A stretch of 64,000 nt of DNA from Acidobacteriota bacterium (GTDB lineage: Bacteria > Actinomycetota > AC-67). The translations under genes were made by a program, and so were the position numbers. The DNA is taken from contig JACQXY010000008.1 of NCBI GenBank assembly GCA_016208485.1, positions 568 to 64,567 on the forward strand, in the 5' to 3' direction. Below are positions 49,156 to 58,773 of this stretch, piece by piece. Position 1 is the stretch's first letter; each line of letters begins with the position of its first letter. The notes beneath the pieces were generated by a model that made no database searches, was not told where the DNA came from, and saw only the letters and a list, made by a program, of their open reading frames with translations.

Positions 49156-50864
49156 CACCGGAGGGCGCGATCCTGACGGCCGCGACGGAGCAGCGACCGA
49201 AGCTCCTCGGAACGGAGCGCGGAGACCACGACTCCGTAGAGTACTAAACCCACTCCGACCCCGGCGCCGACCTCCGCCAGCCGCGTGGCGAGCGAGGCCG
49301 TCCCGATCCGGTCGGAAACGATGCGCGCGGCTACCCATGCCCCTCCTCCGGTAACGGCAGAGGCGAGCGCGATCTTTAGGTGGGAGGCGGCGAGACGCCG
49401 TCCGTCCAGGCCCCCGAGCCGGCGGCGAAGGATCGCGCCCCCCATCGCCGCCGCGAGGACGTAGGAGATCGCGTGGGCGAGGCCGAGTCCGGGAACTCCG
49501 AGCGGGGGGTAGAGAGCCAACGCCGCGGCGATGTTCACCGAGTTCGCCGCGATGATCACGATCCAGGGGGTGCGCGTGTCCTGCATCGCGTAGAACGCGC
49601 GCATCACCTGCTGGAAGGCGGCGTAGGCCGCGAGGCCCAGGGCCATGTACGCGAAGGTGTCGGCGAATAGCCGCGTCGAGCGGCCGGAGAACACCCCGTG
49701 CTCGAGGAGCAGGCGCACGATGGGGAAGGAGAGCGCGACGAAGCCGGCCGCGGCCGGCATGACCACGAACGCGGTCGTGCGCAGTCCGAGCGACAGATCT
49801 CGCCGGAACGCTTCTCGGTCGCCTCGCACGTGGTGCTCGGCGAGCGAGGGGACGAGCGCGGTCATCACGCTCACCGCGAAGATCCCGTAGGGGAGCTGGT
49901 AGAGGATGAACGAGGTGTCGTACGCGGCGACGCCCCCCTGGCGCCCGTTCGCGAGCATCTTCACGACCCACAGGCCGACCTGGTTCACGATCACGTAGCC
50001 GAGGGAGTATTTCGCCAGGCGGGCGACCCGGCGGAGGGCGGGGTGGTGCCAGTCGGTTTCCCGCAGCCGGAGGCGACCGGGCAGCGCGCGCACGCCCGGC
50101 GCGAGCGCGAGAGTCATCGCGGCGACGCCGGCCGTCGTGCCGAGGCCGAGCAGGAGCTTGTCCGAGACGGCGAGCCCGGCGAGCGTCGGGGTCCGCGCCC
50201 CGTGCATCGCGCGGAAGGCGATGAAGGTCGCGGTCGCGATCAGGTTGTTGAGGACGGGGGCGAACATCGGGAGCGCGAAGCGGCGGTGGGCGTTCAGGAG
50301 GCCGGTGAGCACGGCTCCGAGCGCGTAGAAGATCATCTGGGGCATGAACAGCCGGAGGAGGAACGCCCCGACCGCCTCCTGCTGGGCCCGGACCACGGGG
50401 TCGGCGATGCGGAACGTGTAGATCTTGATCAGCCAAGGGGCCAGCACCACGCTGACCGCGCTGAAGGCGGCCGCGACGACCGCGGAAACCGTGACCATGG
50501 TCGAGGCGAGAGCCCAGGATTCCTCGCGCGCTCGGGTCGTGATGTACTCGACGAATACGGGCACGAACAGGGTCGCGAGGACTTCCCCGAGCACCAGTTG
50601 GTAGACGATGTTCGGGAGGGTGTTCGCGAGCTGGTAGGTGTCGGGGAGCTTCGACTCGGCTCCCCCGATCGCCCACGCCATCACACCGAGGCGGACGAAC
50701 CCGGTGAGGCGGCTGAGCGTCGTGCCGGCGGTCATCACCGCGGTCGCCCGGGAGAGCGACGCGGTGGGGCCCTTCCCGCCGGGCGCGCCGGCCGCGATGC
50801 TCGCGGCGGTGAGGTCCTCGGTCGGGATCGGGTCGTCGCCGGGCGGGCCGGTTGGATCGGCCAT
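49155..50864 (-). CDS. murJ: lipid II flippase MurJ (MviN)
   Basis: LSRLTGFVR, ANTLPN, LYQLPYGIFAVS, RAFYAMQDTRTP. Confidence 0.95.
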   Translation of the reverse strand: MADPTGPPGDDPIPTEDLTAASIAAGAPGGKGPTASLSRATAVMTAGTTLSRLTGFVRLGVMAWAIGGAESKLPDTYQLANTLPNIVYQLVLGEVLATLFVPVFVEYITTRAREESWALASTMVTVSAVVAAAFSAVSVVLAPWLIKIYTFRIADPVVRAQQEAVGAFLLRLFMPQMIFYALGAVLTGLLNAHRRFALPMFAPVLNNLIATATFIAFRAMHGARTPTLAGLAVSDKLLLGLGTTAGVAAMTLALAPGVRALPGRLRLRETDWHHPALRRVARLAKYSLGYVIVNQVGLWVVKMLANGRQGGVAAYDTSFILYQLPYGIFAVSVMTALVPSLAEHHVRGDREAFRRDLSLGLRTTAFVVMPAAAGFVALSFPIVRLLLEHGVFSGRSTRLFADTFAYMALGLAAYAAFQQVMRAFYAMQDTRTPWIVIIAANSVNIAAALALYPPLGVPGLGLAHAISYVLAAAMGGAILRRRLGGLDGRRLAASHLKIALASAVTGGGAWVAARIVSDRIGTASLATRLAEVGAGVGVGLVLYGVVVSALRSEELRSLLRRGRQDRALR

Positions 50865-50877
50865 CGGCGCGAGGATA

Positions 50878-52875
50878 TCAGCCGGGGGTCCGGGGGCCGG
50901 GGAGGGGGTTGGTCGTCGCGGGGCGGGCGCGCCGCCGACGGAGGACTCGCCGCACCCAGGCGCCGAGAAGGAAGAGCGCTCCTCCTCCCGTCGCGGCGAG
51001 CGCGACGGCCCCCACCGCCGTCGAGCGCACCACGACGCGCCCGGTGGCGATGGTTTCCCCCCCCACGGTCTGCAGCAGGACGGTGACCGGGAAGGAGCCG
51101 GTCGCGCGCGCCACGGCCGGGAACTCGAGGGTCGCGATCCGCGCGCCGGTCTCGAGGAGGCGGCTCTCCCCGGCGGGGAACGTGGCCTTCACCGAGCTGA
51201 GACGAACCCTGAGCCGGATCTCGAGCCCCGTGCCGTTCACCACCGTGACCGGCAGGGCGCCCCGGCGGGAGGTGAGCGTCACCTGCCGGTCTGGCGCGCG
51301 GATCGTTCCGAGGAAATCCCGGGCCTTCCGGCGCGCGGTCTCGGCGATGGCGACCCCGCCGGCCGGAGCGATGGACCAATCGGCCGACTCCGAGTCGAGG
51401 ATCAGCCGGTCGAGAGCGTCGATGCCGGCTGCGGGGCCGACCACGACCGCGCGCGCCACGTCGACCGCCCGCCGCGCCGCCCGGGCGGCCGCGAGGTAGG
51501 GCAGCTCCGGGAGCGCTCCCGCAGGCGCGAGCGGGAGCGGGGCCTCCTCGGACTGGAGCGACGAGAAGGCCTCCCCTACAGTTCGCATTCGGATCCAGGG
51601 CGCGGCGGTGAGCGAGCGGAGGAGGGCGATCGCCGTCCTCGACCCCGGAAGGACGTCGCTCGCGACCACAATCACTCGCGCCGAGGCGAGCAAGGGCAGC
51701 TCGAAGAAGGAGCTGGCGGTCTCGGCCAGCACTCCCTGGGCGACGAGCACGGGATCTCCCGGCCCGCGGAGGCGCTCGCGGATCTCAGGGTCGACGAGGA
51801 GCGCATCGAAGGCGACTCCGGGGGCGGCGCTCACGCGCACCGGACGCGAGGGGCCGAACAAGGCTCCCTCGAGCGCCTGGTCCTCGATCGGCGGGAGCAG
51901 CGCGGGGTCGAGGATGACCCGGCGCACGCCGAGAGGGGCCGCGAGGGTCGCCGCGCGCGGGTCGAGCCGGAATCCGGGTGGCGCGAGCAGCGAGAGGTCG
52001 GGCCGGCGGCCGAGCACGCGGGCAGCGGTGTCGGCGCTCTCGGACATCTGGCGGGCGACGTCGCCGTCCAGGCCCGCACCGGCGAGCGCCGTGAGATCCG
52101 CGCGCCCGTAGGGGAGCGCGGCCAGTTCCACCGACGGCGATTCGGCGAGGGCCCGCAGGCCGGCGAGCAGGTCCGAGGCGAGCGGGGAGCCCGCCGCCCC
52201 CGCGGAGGCGGAGTCGAGGAGCGATCCGGTGACGGCGACGGTCGCGCGCACCGACGTCCGGGCGAGCGCCGCCGCGGCGCGCGCGAGGCCGCTGCGGCGA
52301 AGGCTCGCCTCCAGGGCGGCGGGATCGGGTTTCCCATCCGCGTCGAAAGCCGGCGGGCGGTGCACCGACCAGATCCAGGCGACGTTGAGCTGCTGCGGCG
52401 GCGGCCTGGAGAAGAACGGCACCGCGGTGAACCAGCGGCTCAGGATGCGGCGGTCGTCCTGCAGGCGGATCTCGATCGGATAGACGCCCCCGCGCGCCCG
52501 CGGGGGGCGGAACGACGTCGCGAGCTGGCCGAGGTCGCGCGTGACGGCGACCCGCTGCGTGGCGCCCGCTTGCAACGGCGCGGCCAGGTCCTCGGTCACG
52601 GTGGCGATGAGGGAACTCCGGGGCCGGCCGTCGAGGGCGGCGCGCAGCTCGCTGCGGGACAGGACCCGCCCGTAGACCGACACCCCGATCGAGGGGTTCT
52701 CGAGCGGGAGCGCGGAGCGGTTCGAGAGCGTGACCGCAATCTCGAGCGGCCGGTCGGGCGCCGTCCAGGGGGACACCCGTTCGAACCGGAGGTCGATCTC
52801 GGCCGGCGGTTGAGCGGTTGCCGGGAGCGCCGCGACCACGAGGGCCGCGGCCGTCGCGGCGAGGGCCGTGCGCAT
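50878..52875 (-). CDS. DUF6049 secreted/anchored protein (Rv3909-like)
   Basis: Signal peptide, GVYPIEI, LPYGRADL, VTLTSRRGALPVTVVN, C-terminal TM. Located between NUDIX and murJ. Confidence 0.8.
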   Translation of the reverse strand: MRTALAATAAALVVAALPATAQPPAEIDLRFERVSPWTAPDRPLEIAVTLSNRSALPLENPSIGVSVYGRVLSRSELRAALDGRPRSSLIATVTEDLAAPLQAGATQRVAVTRDLGQLATSFRPPRARGGVYPIEIRLQDDRRILSRWFTAVPFFSRPPPQQLNVAWIWSVHRPPAFDADGKPDPAALEASLRRSGLARAAAALARTSVRATVAVTGSLLDSASAGAAGSPLASDLLAGLRALAESPSVELAALPYGRADLTALAGAGLDGDVARQMSESADTAARVLGRRPDLSLLAPPGFRLDPRAATLAAPLGVRRVILDPALLPPIEDQALEGALFGPSRPVRVSAAPGVAFDALLVDPEIRERLRGPGDPVLVAQGVLAETASSFFELPLLASARVIVVASDVLPGSRTAIALLRSLTAAPWIRMRTVGEAFSSLQSEEAPLPLAPAGALPELPYLAAARAARRAVDVARAVVVGPAAGIDALDRLILDSESADWSIAPAGGVAIAETARRKARDFLGTIRAPDRQVTLTSRRGALPVTVVNGTGLEIRLRVRLSSVKATFPAGESRLLETGARIATLEFPAVARATGSFPVTVLLQTVGGETIATGRVVVRSTAVGAVALAATGGGALFLLGAWVRRVLRRRRARPATTNPLPGPRTPG

Positions 52876-52885
52876 CGGGCCGATG

Positions 52886-53320
52886 CTACTCCAATCGCCC
52901 CGGGTCCTCGCGGCCTCGGGCCAGAGCGTCGCGCACGACCGCGCGCTCGCTCGGGAAGGCGCAAGCGCCCGCGGCCTCGCGTCCGGGGAACCACCGCGCC
53001 TCCTCGACCTCCCTGTCGTGCGCCGCGGTATCCCCTCCGGTCGGGCGCATCAGGAAGAAGGTAACGAACTTGTGGTAGCGCGTGTCCTTGACGGAGAACC
53101 AGTAGTCGATGGTGCGGAGGGGTTCCACCATCGCGACTTCGAGGCCGGTCTCCTCCCGCACCTCGCGGAGCGCGGCGTCCTCGGGCCGCTCACCCGGCTC
53201 GAGGACTCCCTTGGGGAGCACCCACCGGTCATCGCCGCGCGCGCGCACCCGGACGAGGACCACCCATCCGCGCGCGTCGACCACGACGCCCCCGGCGCTG
53301 CGCGCGATCTCGGTGCGCAC
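52886..53320 (-). CDS. NUDIX hydrolase
   Basis: LPKGVLEPGERPEDAALREVREETGL Nudix box. Confidence 0.93.
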   Translation of the reverse strand: MRTEIARSAGGVVVDARGWVVLVRVRARGDDRWVLPKGVLEPGERPEDAALREVREETGLEVAMVEPLRTIDYWFSVKDTRYHKFVTFFLMRPTGGDTAAHDREVEEARWFPGREAAGACAFPSERAVVRDALARGREDPGRLE

Positions 53321-53532
53321 AGACCCTCCCTCGGCATTGGAGCGCCCCGTCGCACGGTGACGGGGTTCACCTGAAGTGGCTCCGGCCGAAGAGCAATCCT
53401 ATTGCGTGCGAGAGGGCGGGCGCCCCCTCGCCCGGAGGACCCACGCAACCTCAGCAGGTTGGGAGCGCGATTGCCGGGTTCTCAATCGGTGGGTACCTGA
53501 GTGGTGCCCGGTGTCGGCGGCCGGCGCCCCTC

Positions 53533-53562
53533 TTGACCGCTCGGTATTTACCGTATTACCAT
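53533..53562 (+). promoter_or_regulatory. promoter with operator palindrome
   Basis: TTGACC (53533-53538), 18 nt spacer, TACCAT (53557-53562). Palindrome CGGTA-TT-TACCG at 53542-53553 in the spacer. Confidence 0.65.
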
Positions 53563-53569
53563 TAAGGCG

Positions 53570-54109
53570 GTGAGTGAGCATGAGTTTCATGGGATCGCTT
53601 TGGAGGATCTCCCCGTGGTCGATGTCGATTGGGCTCACACTGCCCGGAAGATTCGGACTCGGTCGCAGCGTGATCCGGGCGACATCGACATCGAGTCCGA
53701 ATGGGCAACGGAGGCCGCCAAGGATCCCCGTGCGCTCGTGGGACTGGGCAGTAGCCGCTCTGGCTGGTCGGTGGAGGTGATCGGGTGGTCGGAGAATGCG
53801 GGTCGGCATCTCTGCGTCTGGATCACGCCGAAGGCCCGCCGGAGCATTCGGTCCGGTCTGTGGTGGGGGGCCTCGGCTGTCTCGGCTACTGGCTCAGAGG
53901 TCAAGATGTACGAAGCGGACGAGGCGGTTCCGCGCCGTGCAAGAGGAGGAAGTCATGAAACAGCGCGAGATCGAGGAGTTTCTTGCCGGCGAAGCGGAGG
54001 AGCTCGAGCGCCGGAGGGAGGAGCCCAAGCGTTATGTGCGCCGGCGTGGTCGGCCTCCCCTGCCCGCGGAGCTTCGGGCCGGGCAGGTCTACTCGATCCG
54101 CATCCCTAG
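53570..54109 (+). CDS. putative BrnT-like toxin
   Basis: VDWAHTARKIRTRS..IESEWATEAAKDP..SRSGWSVEVIGWS..WWGASA. Precedes an RHH protein and overlaps it by 155 nt. Confidence 0.55.
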   Translation: MSEHEFHGIALEDLPVVDVDWAHTARKIRTRSQRDPGDIDIESEWATEAAKDPRALVGLGSSRSGWSVEVIGWSENAGRHLCVWITPKARRSIRSGLWWGASAVSATGSEVKMYEADEAVPRRARGGSHETARDRGVSCRRSGGARAPEGGAQALCAPAWSASPARGASGRAGLLDPHP

Positions 54110-54386
54110 CCCGGAGATCGAGCGGATTCGCGCGCTGGCGAGGCGACTCGAGTGCCCACCGGCAGTGATGATGCGCGAATGGGTGTTGGAGCGCCTCGCC
54201 AAGGAATCGAGGCTTGGGTCCGGGGCGACCGTTGCTCTGGTCGAACCATGTCGGCAGGTCAGACGGGCAGAACGTCTTGCCGCATCTCGACGTCCCGTCG
54301 CGGCGGCGTACGAGAGAGCGGCTGGAGCTGCGGGGAAGAGGGCTGCGAAGAACACCAGGGCGAAGGGTCGCCGTTCGAGGGCGTGA
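53955..54386 (+). CDS. putative CopG/RHH (BrnA-like) antitoxin
   Basis: GAGGAGG RBS. RGRPPL..QVYSIRIP..IRALARR..VMMREWVLERL. Confidence 0.7.
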   Translation: MKQREIEEFLAGEAEELERRREEPKRYVRRRGRPPLPAELRAGQVYSIRIPSPEIERIRALARRLECPPAVMMREWVLERLAKESRLGSGATVALVEPCRQVRRAERLAASRRPVAAAYERAAGAAGKRAAKNTRAKGRRSRA

Positions 54387-54488
54387 ACCTCGTCCGCGCG
54401 CGCAGGCCCCGGTCCGAGTTCCCCGGCGCCGGCCCCACCCGCGTAAAGCCCTCCGGTCCGGCGGCCGAGACAACTGGGGGAAAACGCC

Positions 54489-55562
54489 ATGGAGATCGAT
54501 GAGCTGCTCGACGCCGCCGCGGCGGCGAAGGCCTCCGACGTCCACCTCCGGGCCGGCGCGCCGCCCTACCTCCGCGTGGACGGCGAGCTCGAGGCGATCG
54601 AGGCCCCGGCGCTCGGGCCCCAGGAGGTCGAGACCCTCGCCCACTCCCTCATGACGGCGGGCCAGGTGCGCCGCTTCGACGAGACGAGCGAGGCCGACTT
54701 CGCCTACACCACGCCGGCCGGGGTTCGCTACCGGGTCAACGTCTTTCGCCAGCGAGGGGTGGTCGGCGCGGCGCTGCGGCGCGTCCAGCCGGGCGGGGCG
54801 ACCTTCGAGGATCTCGGACTGCCGCCGGCGGCGCGCTCGCTCGCCGAGGAGCGGCGCGGGCTCGTCCTGGTCACCGGGATGACCGGCTCGGGCAAGACGA
54901 CGACGACCGCGGCGATGGTCCAGCACATCAACGCCACGCGCGCCTGCCACGTGGTGACGATCGAGGACCCGATCGAGGTGCTCCACGCCGACGATCGCGC
55001 GATCATCGATCAGCGCGAGATCGGCATCGACACCGCCGACTTCCACGTGGCGCTCAAGCACGTGATGCGTCAGGACCCCGACGTGATCTTCATTGGGGAG
55101 ATGCGAGACGTGGAGACCGTGGAGGCCGCCCTGCGCGCCGCCGAGACCGGCCACCTCGTGATCTCGACCCTCCACACGATCGACGCGACCGAGACCGTCA
55201 ACCGGATCATCGACTTCTTCCCTCCGCACCAGCAGCTCCAGGCGCGCCTCACGCTCGCCGGGTCGCTGAAGGGGATCGTCTCGCAGCGCCTGCTCAAGCG
55301 CGCCGACGGGCGCGGGCGGGTCCCGGCGGTCGAGATCATGGTCATGAACGGCCGGATCTTCGACATGATCGTGAACCCGGATCAGACCAACCTGATCGAG
55401 TCGGTGATCCAGGAAGGCGAGTACTACGGGATGCAGACGTTCGACCAGCACCTCATGCAGCTCATCAAGGACGGCACGGTCACGATCGAGGAAGCGATCT
55501 CGGCGGCCACGAGCCCGCACGACATGGCCGTGTCGCTGCGGCGGATGGGCTTGACCGAATAG
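54489..55562 (+). CDS. pilT: type IV pilus retraction ATPase PilT/PilU
   Basis: ASDVHL, VTGMTGSGKTTT, TIEDPIE, RQDPDVIFIGEMRD, AETGHLVISTLH, GMQTFDQ. Confidence 0.92.
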   Translation: MEIDELLDAAAAAKASDVHLRAGAPPYLRVDGELEAIEAPALGPQEVETLAHSLMTAGQVRRFDETSEADFAYTTPAGVRYRVNVFRQRGVVGAALRRVQPGGATFEDLGLPPAARSLAEERRGLVLVTGMTGSGKTTTTAAMVQHINATRACHVVTIEDPIEVLHADDRAIIDQREIGIDTADFHVALKHVMRQDPDVIFIGEMRDVETVEAALRAAETGHLVISTLHTIDATETVNRIIDFFPPHQQLQARLTLAGSLKGIVSQRLLKRADGRGRVPAVEIMVMNGRIFDMIVNPDQTNLIESVIQEGEYYGMQTFDQHLMQLIKDGTVTIEEAISAATSPHDMAVSLRRMGLTE

Positions 55563-55603
55563 GCGCTCGGGGCGCGCGGGCCGGACGAGGGACCCTCGAA
55601 GGC

Positions 55604-55645
55604 CTTAGTCAACTGATTGACTAAGCACCCGGAGAGCGGTACTCT
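55604..55645 (+). promoter_or_regulatory. TA promoter with autoregulatory inverted repeat
   Basis: CTTAGTCAA-ctga-TTGACTAAG (55604-55625) overlaps TTGACT -35. 17 nt spacer, then TACTCT -10. Confidence 0.75.
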
Positions 55646-55651
55646 GACCGC

Positions 55652-55879
55652 GTGGACACCGTCAGCGTGCATGAAGCGAAGACTCACCTCTCGCGGCTGC
55701 TCCAGCAAGTGGAGGCCGGCGAGGAGGTCCTCATCGCCCGCGCCGGGCAACCGGTCGCCCGGCTCGTTTCCACCCGCCCGAAACTGCCGCGCGCGCCGGG
55801 ACGCCTCAAGGGTGAGGTGCGGATCGCGGCCGACTTCGACGCGCCGCTGCCCGAGGGGCTGTGGACGTCCGGGCTGTGA
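55652..55879 (+). CDS. Phd/YefM antitoxin
   Basis: VSVHEAKTHLSRLL..GEEVLIARAGQPVARL. Confidence 0.92.
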   Translation: MDTVSVHEAKTHLSRLLQQVEAGEEVLIARAGQPVARLVSTRPKLPRAPGRLKGEVRIAADFDAPLPEGLWTSGL

Positions 55880-56250
55880 ACGGCCTCCTCGACACGCACG
55901 CGCTCCTGTGGTGGATCACCGATGACCGGCGCCTCACCCGGCGCGCGCGCGGGGTCATCGCCGCCGGCGGGATCCTGGTGAGCGTCGTCTCGCTCTGGGA
56001 GATCGAGATCAAGCGCGGGCTCGGCCGGATCGAGGCCGACACGCGGGCGATTCTCGACGAGGTGTCGCGCACGGATGGATTCCACTGGCTGGACGTGAGG
56101 CCCTCCCACGTGGCCGGCCTGGCGGATCTGCCCCCGGGGCACGGGGATCCCTTCGATCGCATGCTGGTGGCGCAAGCGCGGCAGGCCCACGTGCCCCTGG
56201 TCACGCGCGACAAGGCGCTCCGGGGGTATGCGATCGAACTCGTCTGGTAG
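55876..56250 (+). CDS. VapC PIN toxin
   Basis: LLDTHALLWW, SLWEIEIK, HGDPFDRMLVAQA. Confidence 0.92.
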   Translation: MNGLLDTHALLWWITDDRRLTRRARGVIAAGGILVSVVSLWEIEIKRGLGRIEADTRAILDEVSRTDGFHWLDVRPSHVAGLADLPPGHGDPFDRMLVAQARQAHVPLVTRDKALRGYAIELVW

Positions 56251-56369
56251 CAACCGTCCGCTACCGACATCGCGACCATCCTCGAGTACCCCCCCCGAAC
56301 GCTCGTCCCGCGCGCCGCGCGCGGCGCGCGCTCGCCCCCTGCGCCGCGCGCGGGGGCTATCCTGGGCGG

Positions 56370-57800
56370 ATGCGGAAGCTTCCCACCGACCTCGCCGCGC
56401 GCCTTCGCGACCTCGTGCGGCTCTCACCGGTCGTCACCGACCTCGCGAACCGGTTCGAGGCGGCAGGACACCAGATCTACCTCGTCGGGGGGAGCGTGCG
56501 CGACGCCCTGCTCGGGCGGCTCGGGGCCGACCTCGACCTTGCGACCGACGCGCGCCCGGAGGAGGTCCTCGAGATCGTGCGTCCCTGGAGCGACGCGCAC
56601 TGGATCGTCGGGATCGCGTTCGGCACGGTCGGCGCGCAGAAGCGGAAGGTGCGCCTGGAGATTACCACGTTCCGCGGCGAGCGCTACCGCGAGGACTCCC
56701 GCAATCCCGAGGTCCACCACGTCCCGACCATCGAGGCCGACCTCGCGCGGCGCGATTTCACGATCAACGCCATGGCGCTGCGCCTGCCCGACCGGACGTT
56801 CGTGGACCCCCACGGCGGGCTCGCCGACCTGGCGGCGAAGCGACTGCGGACCCCGCTCACGCCGGCCGAGTCTTTCTCCGACGACCCGCTGCGGATGTTG
56901 CGCGCGGCCCGCTTCGTGGCCGCGCTCGGCGTTTCACCCGACGCGGGTGTCGTCGACGCGATGCGCGCGCAGCGGAGCCGCCTCGGGATTGTGTCGGCCG
57001 AGCGCATCCGCGACGAGCTGACGAAGATCCTCGAGTCCCCGGCCCCTTCGAAGGGGCTCGACCTCGCGACGCAGACCGGGCTCTCGGAGCAGTTCCTTCC
57101 CGAGCTGCCGGCGCTTCGCCTGGAGCAGGATCCGGTCCACCGGCACAAGGACGTCTACCGCCACACCCTGGCCGTCGTGGACAAGATTGCGGCCTCCGAC
57201 CCCGAGTCCGAGCCGGACACCGTGCTGCGCATGGCCGCGCTGCTGCACGACGTCGGGAAGCCCGCCACCCGCCGCTTCGAGGGCGAGGGGGGCGTGTCGT
57301 TCCACCACCATGAGGTCGTCGGCGCGCAGATCGCCGAGCGCCGCCTGCGCGAACTGCGCTTCCCGAAGGACTTCGCCGACCCGGTGGTCGCCCTCATCGA
57401 GATGCACCTGCGGTTCCACACCTTCCGGCTCGGCTGGACCGACTCCGCCGTGCGGCGCTACGTGCGCGACGCCGGCGGTCTGCTCGACCGGCTGAACCGG
57501 CTCGTGCGCGCCGACTGCACCACGCGCAACCCGTTCCGCGCGCGCCAGCTCTCCTCGGCCATGGACGAGCTGGAGGCGCGGATCGCCCACCTCGCCGCGG
57601 AGGAGGACTTGAAGAGGATCCGCCCGCCGCTCGACGGCCACGAGGTGATGAGCCGCCTCGGCGTGCCGCCGGGTCCGGTGATCGGGGAGGCCCTTCACCA
57701 CCTCCTCGATCTGCGCCTCGAGCGCGGCGAGATCCCGCGCGAGGAGGCGCTCCGCCTCCTCGACGAGTGGGCCGCCGAGCGCGGGCTCGGCGCGCGGTAG
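56370..57800 (+). CDS. CCA tRNA nucleotidyltransferase with HD domain
   Basis: LVGGSVRD, DLDLAT, RRDFTINAMA, DDPLRMLRA, LLHDVGKP. Confidence 0.94.
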   Translation: MRKLPTDLAARLRDLVRLSPVVTDLANRFEAAGHQIYLVGGSVRDALLGRLGADLDLATDARPEEVLEIVRPWSDAHWIVGIAFGTVGAQKRKVRLEITTFRGERYREDSRNPEVHHVPTIEADLARRDFTINAMALRLPDRTFVDPHGGLADLAAKRLRTPLTPAESFSDDPLRMLRAARFVAALGVSPDAGVVDAMRAQRSRLGIVSAERIRDELTKILESPAPSKGLDLATQTGLSEQFLPELPALRLEQDPVHRHKDVYRHTLAVVDKIAASDPESEPDTVLRMAALLHDVGKPATRRFEGEGGVSFHHHEVVGAQIAERRLRELRFPKDFADPVVALIEMHLRFHTFRLGWTDSAVRRYVRDAGGLLDRLNRLVRADCTTRNPFRARQLSSAMDELEARIAHLAAEEDLKRIRPPLDGHEVMSRLGVPPGPVIGEALHHLLDLRLERGEIPREEALRLLDEWAAERGLGAR

Positions 57801-58040
57801 CGGCGCGCGGGGCCTCGCCCAAACGCCGCACTTTGCCGGTCCTCTCTTCTTGTCCCGAGGGTCCGCTTCAGGGGCCTCCGAGTGGGCTTGACATGTTCTT
57901 TTTTCGTGGTATGCATGCTCCGTAGCGTTTTGAGGGTGGCTCGGAAGTAAGGCGGGAAGGGGGTGGGGTACCAGGGGAGGATCCGTCATCGCGGCCTTGC
58001 ATCGTGAGGGGGCTTGATTCCTTCCCAAGAGGAGGCAAGC

Positions 58041-58467
58041 ATGGTGGGTGGGAAGGCAGGAGTCCAACCCTCAACGAGTTCCCGCATCGCGACCGTCCTC
58101 GGCACAGCAAGGAGGTGGCTCGTCGTGGCGGCGGTGCTGGGTGCCGCCCTCGGGTCCGGTCTGCAACCGATGGAGGCGCAGGCCACCAGCCGGTGCTTCA
58201 ACGAGACCCCGCCAGGCGACGTCGGCGCGGGGTTGTATGGACCCGGCGGTTGGTACTACGTCGGAGTTGACACCGGGATCTACGGGGACGGCCCCGGGGC
58301 GTGCATTATTACTCCCAACGATCCTAACCCTGGGACCGTTGTCATGGCCCGGCATTCCCGCTCCACGGGCTACACCTACGGGAAGATCCCCGTGTGCGTC
58401 GGCACCATCTGCAAAGACGCTCCCGGTATCCCGGTGATGGTGGATACCGGGTACGACATCTATACGG
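58041..58467 (+). pseudogene. 5' part of a small secreted Cys/Gly/Tyr-rich protein interrupted by the LSR element
   Basis: GGAGG RBS, signal-like RRWLVVAAVLGAALG..MEAQA. Joins in frame with 61117-61166 (..GYDIYT|VTIYGAGWNALYIKVG-stop). Confidence 0.7.
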
Positions 58468-58773
58468 ACGGAACGCAAAGCTGAGCTTCAGCACGGTGCT
58501 GAAGCGCGATGCTTCCGCCGTGCCTCTCTACCTCCATCCTGACCACCGGCGGCGGCTTCACCGCCCGCCGGTGAAGACCCGGAGAAGTGTCTAGCAATGA
58601 CTACCGCAGCGTCAGGGATAGCAGCCGCAGGCGCCCGCTGGGTTGTCACCGATGATCGCTGCGTAGGCGGTGTAGTCGCATCGCCGCCGCTTGATGCGAC
58701 GCGCCGTGCCGAGCCCATGAGGCCGATAATGCTAGACACAACGGCTCGACTCAGTTATCGTTGTGCGGGAGGA

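Noticed and set aside
57888-57919. TTGACA as promoter of the 58041 gene
   Set aside because: No good -10 at 16-18 nt spacing.
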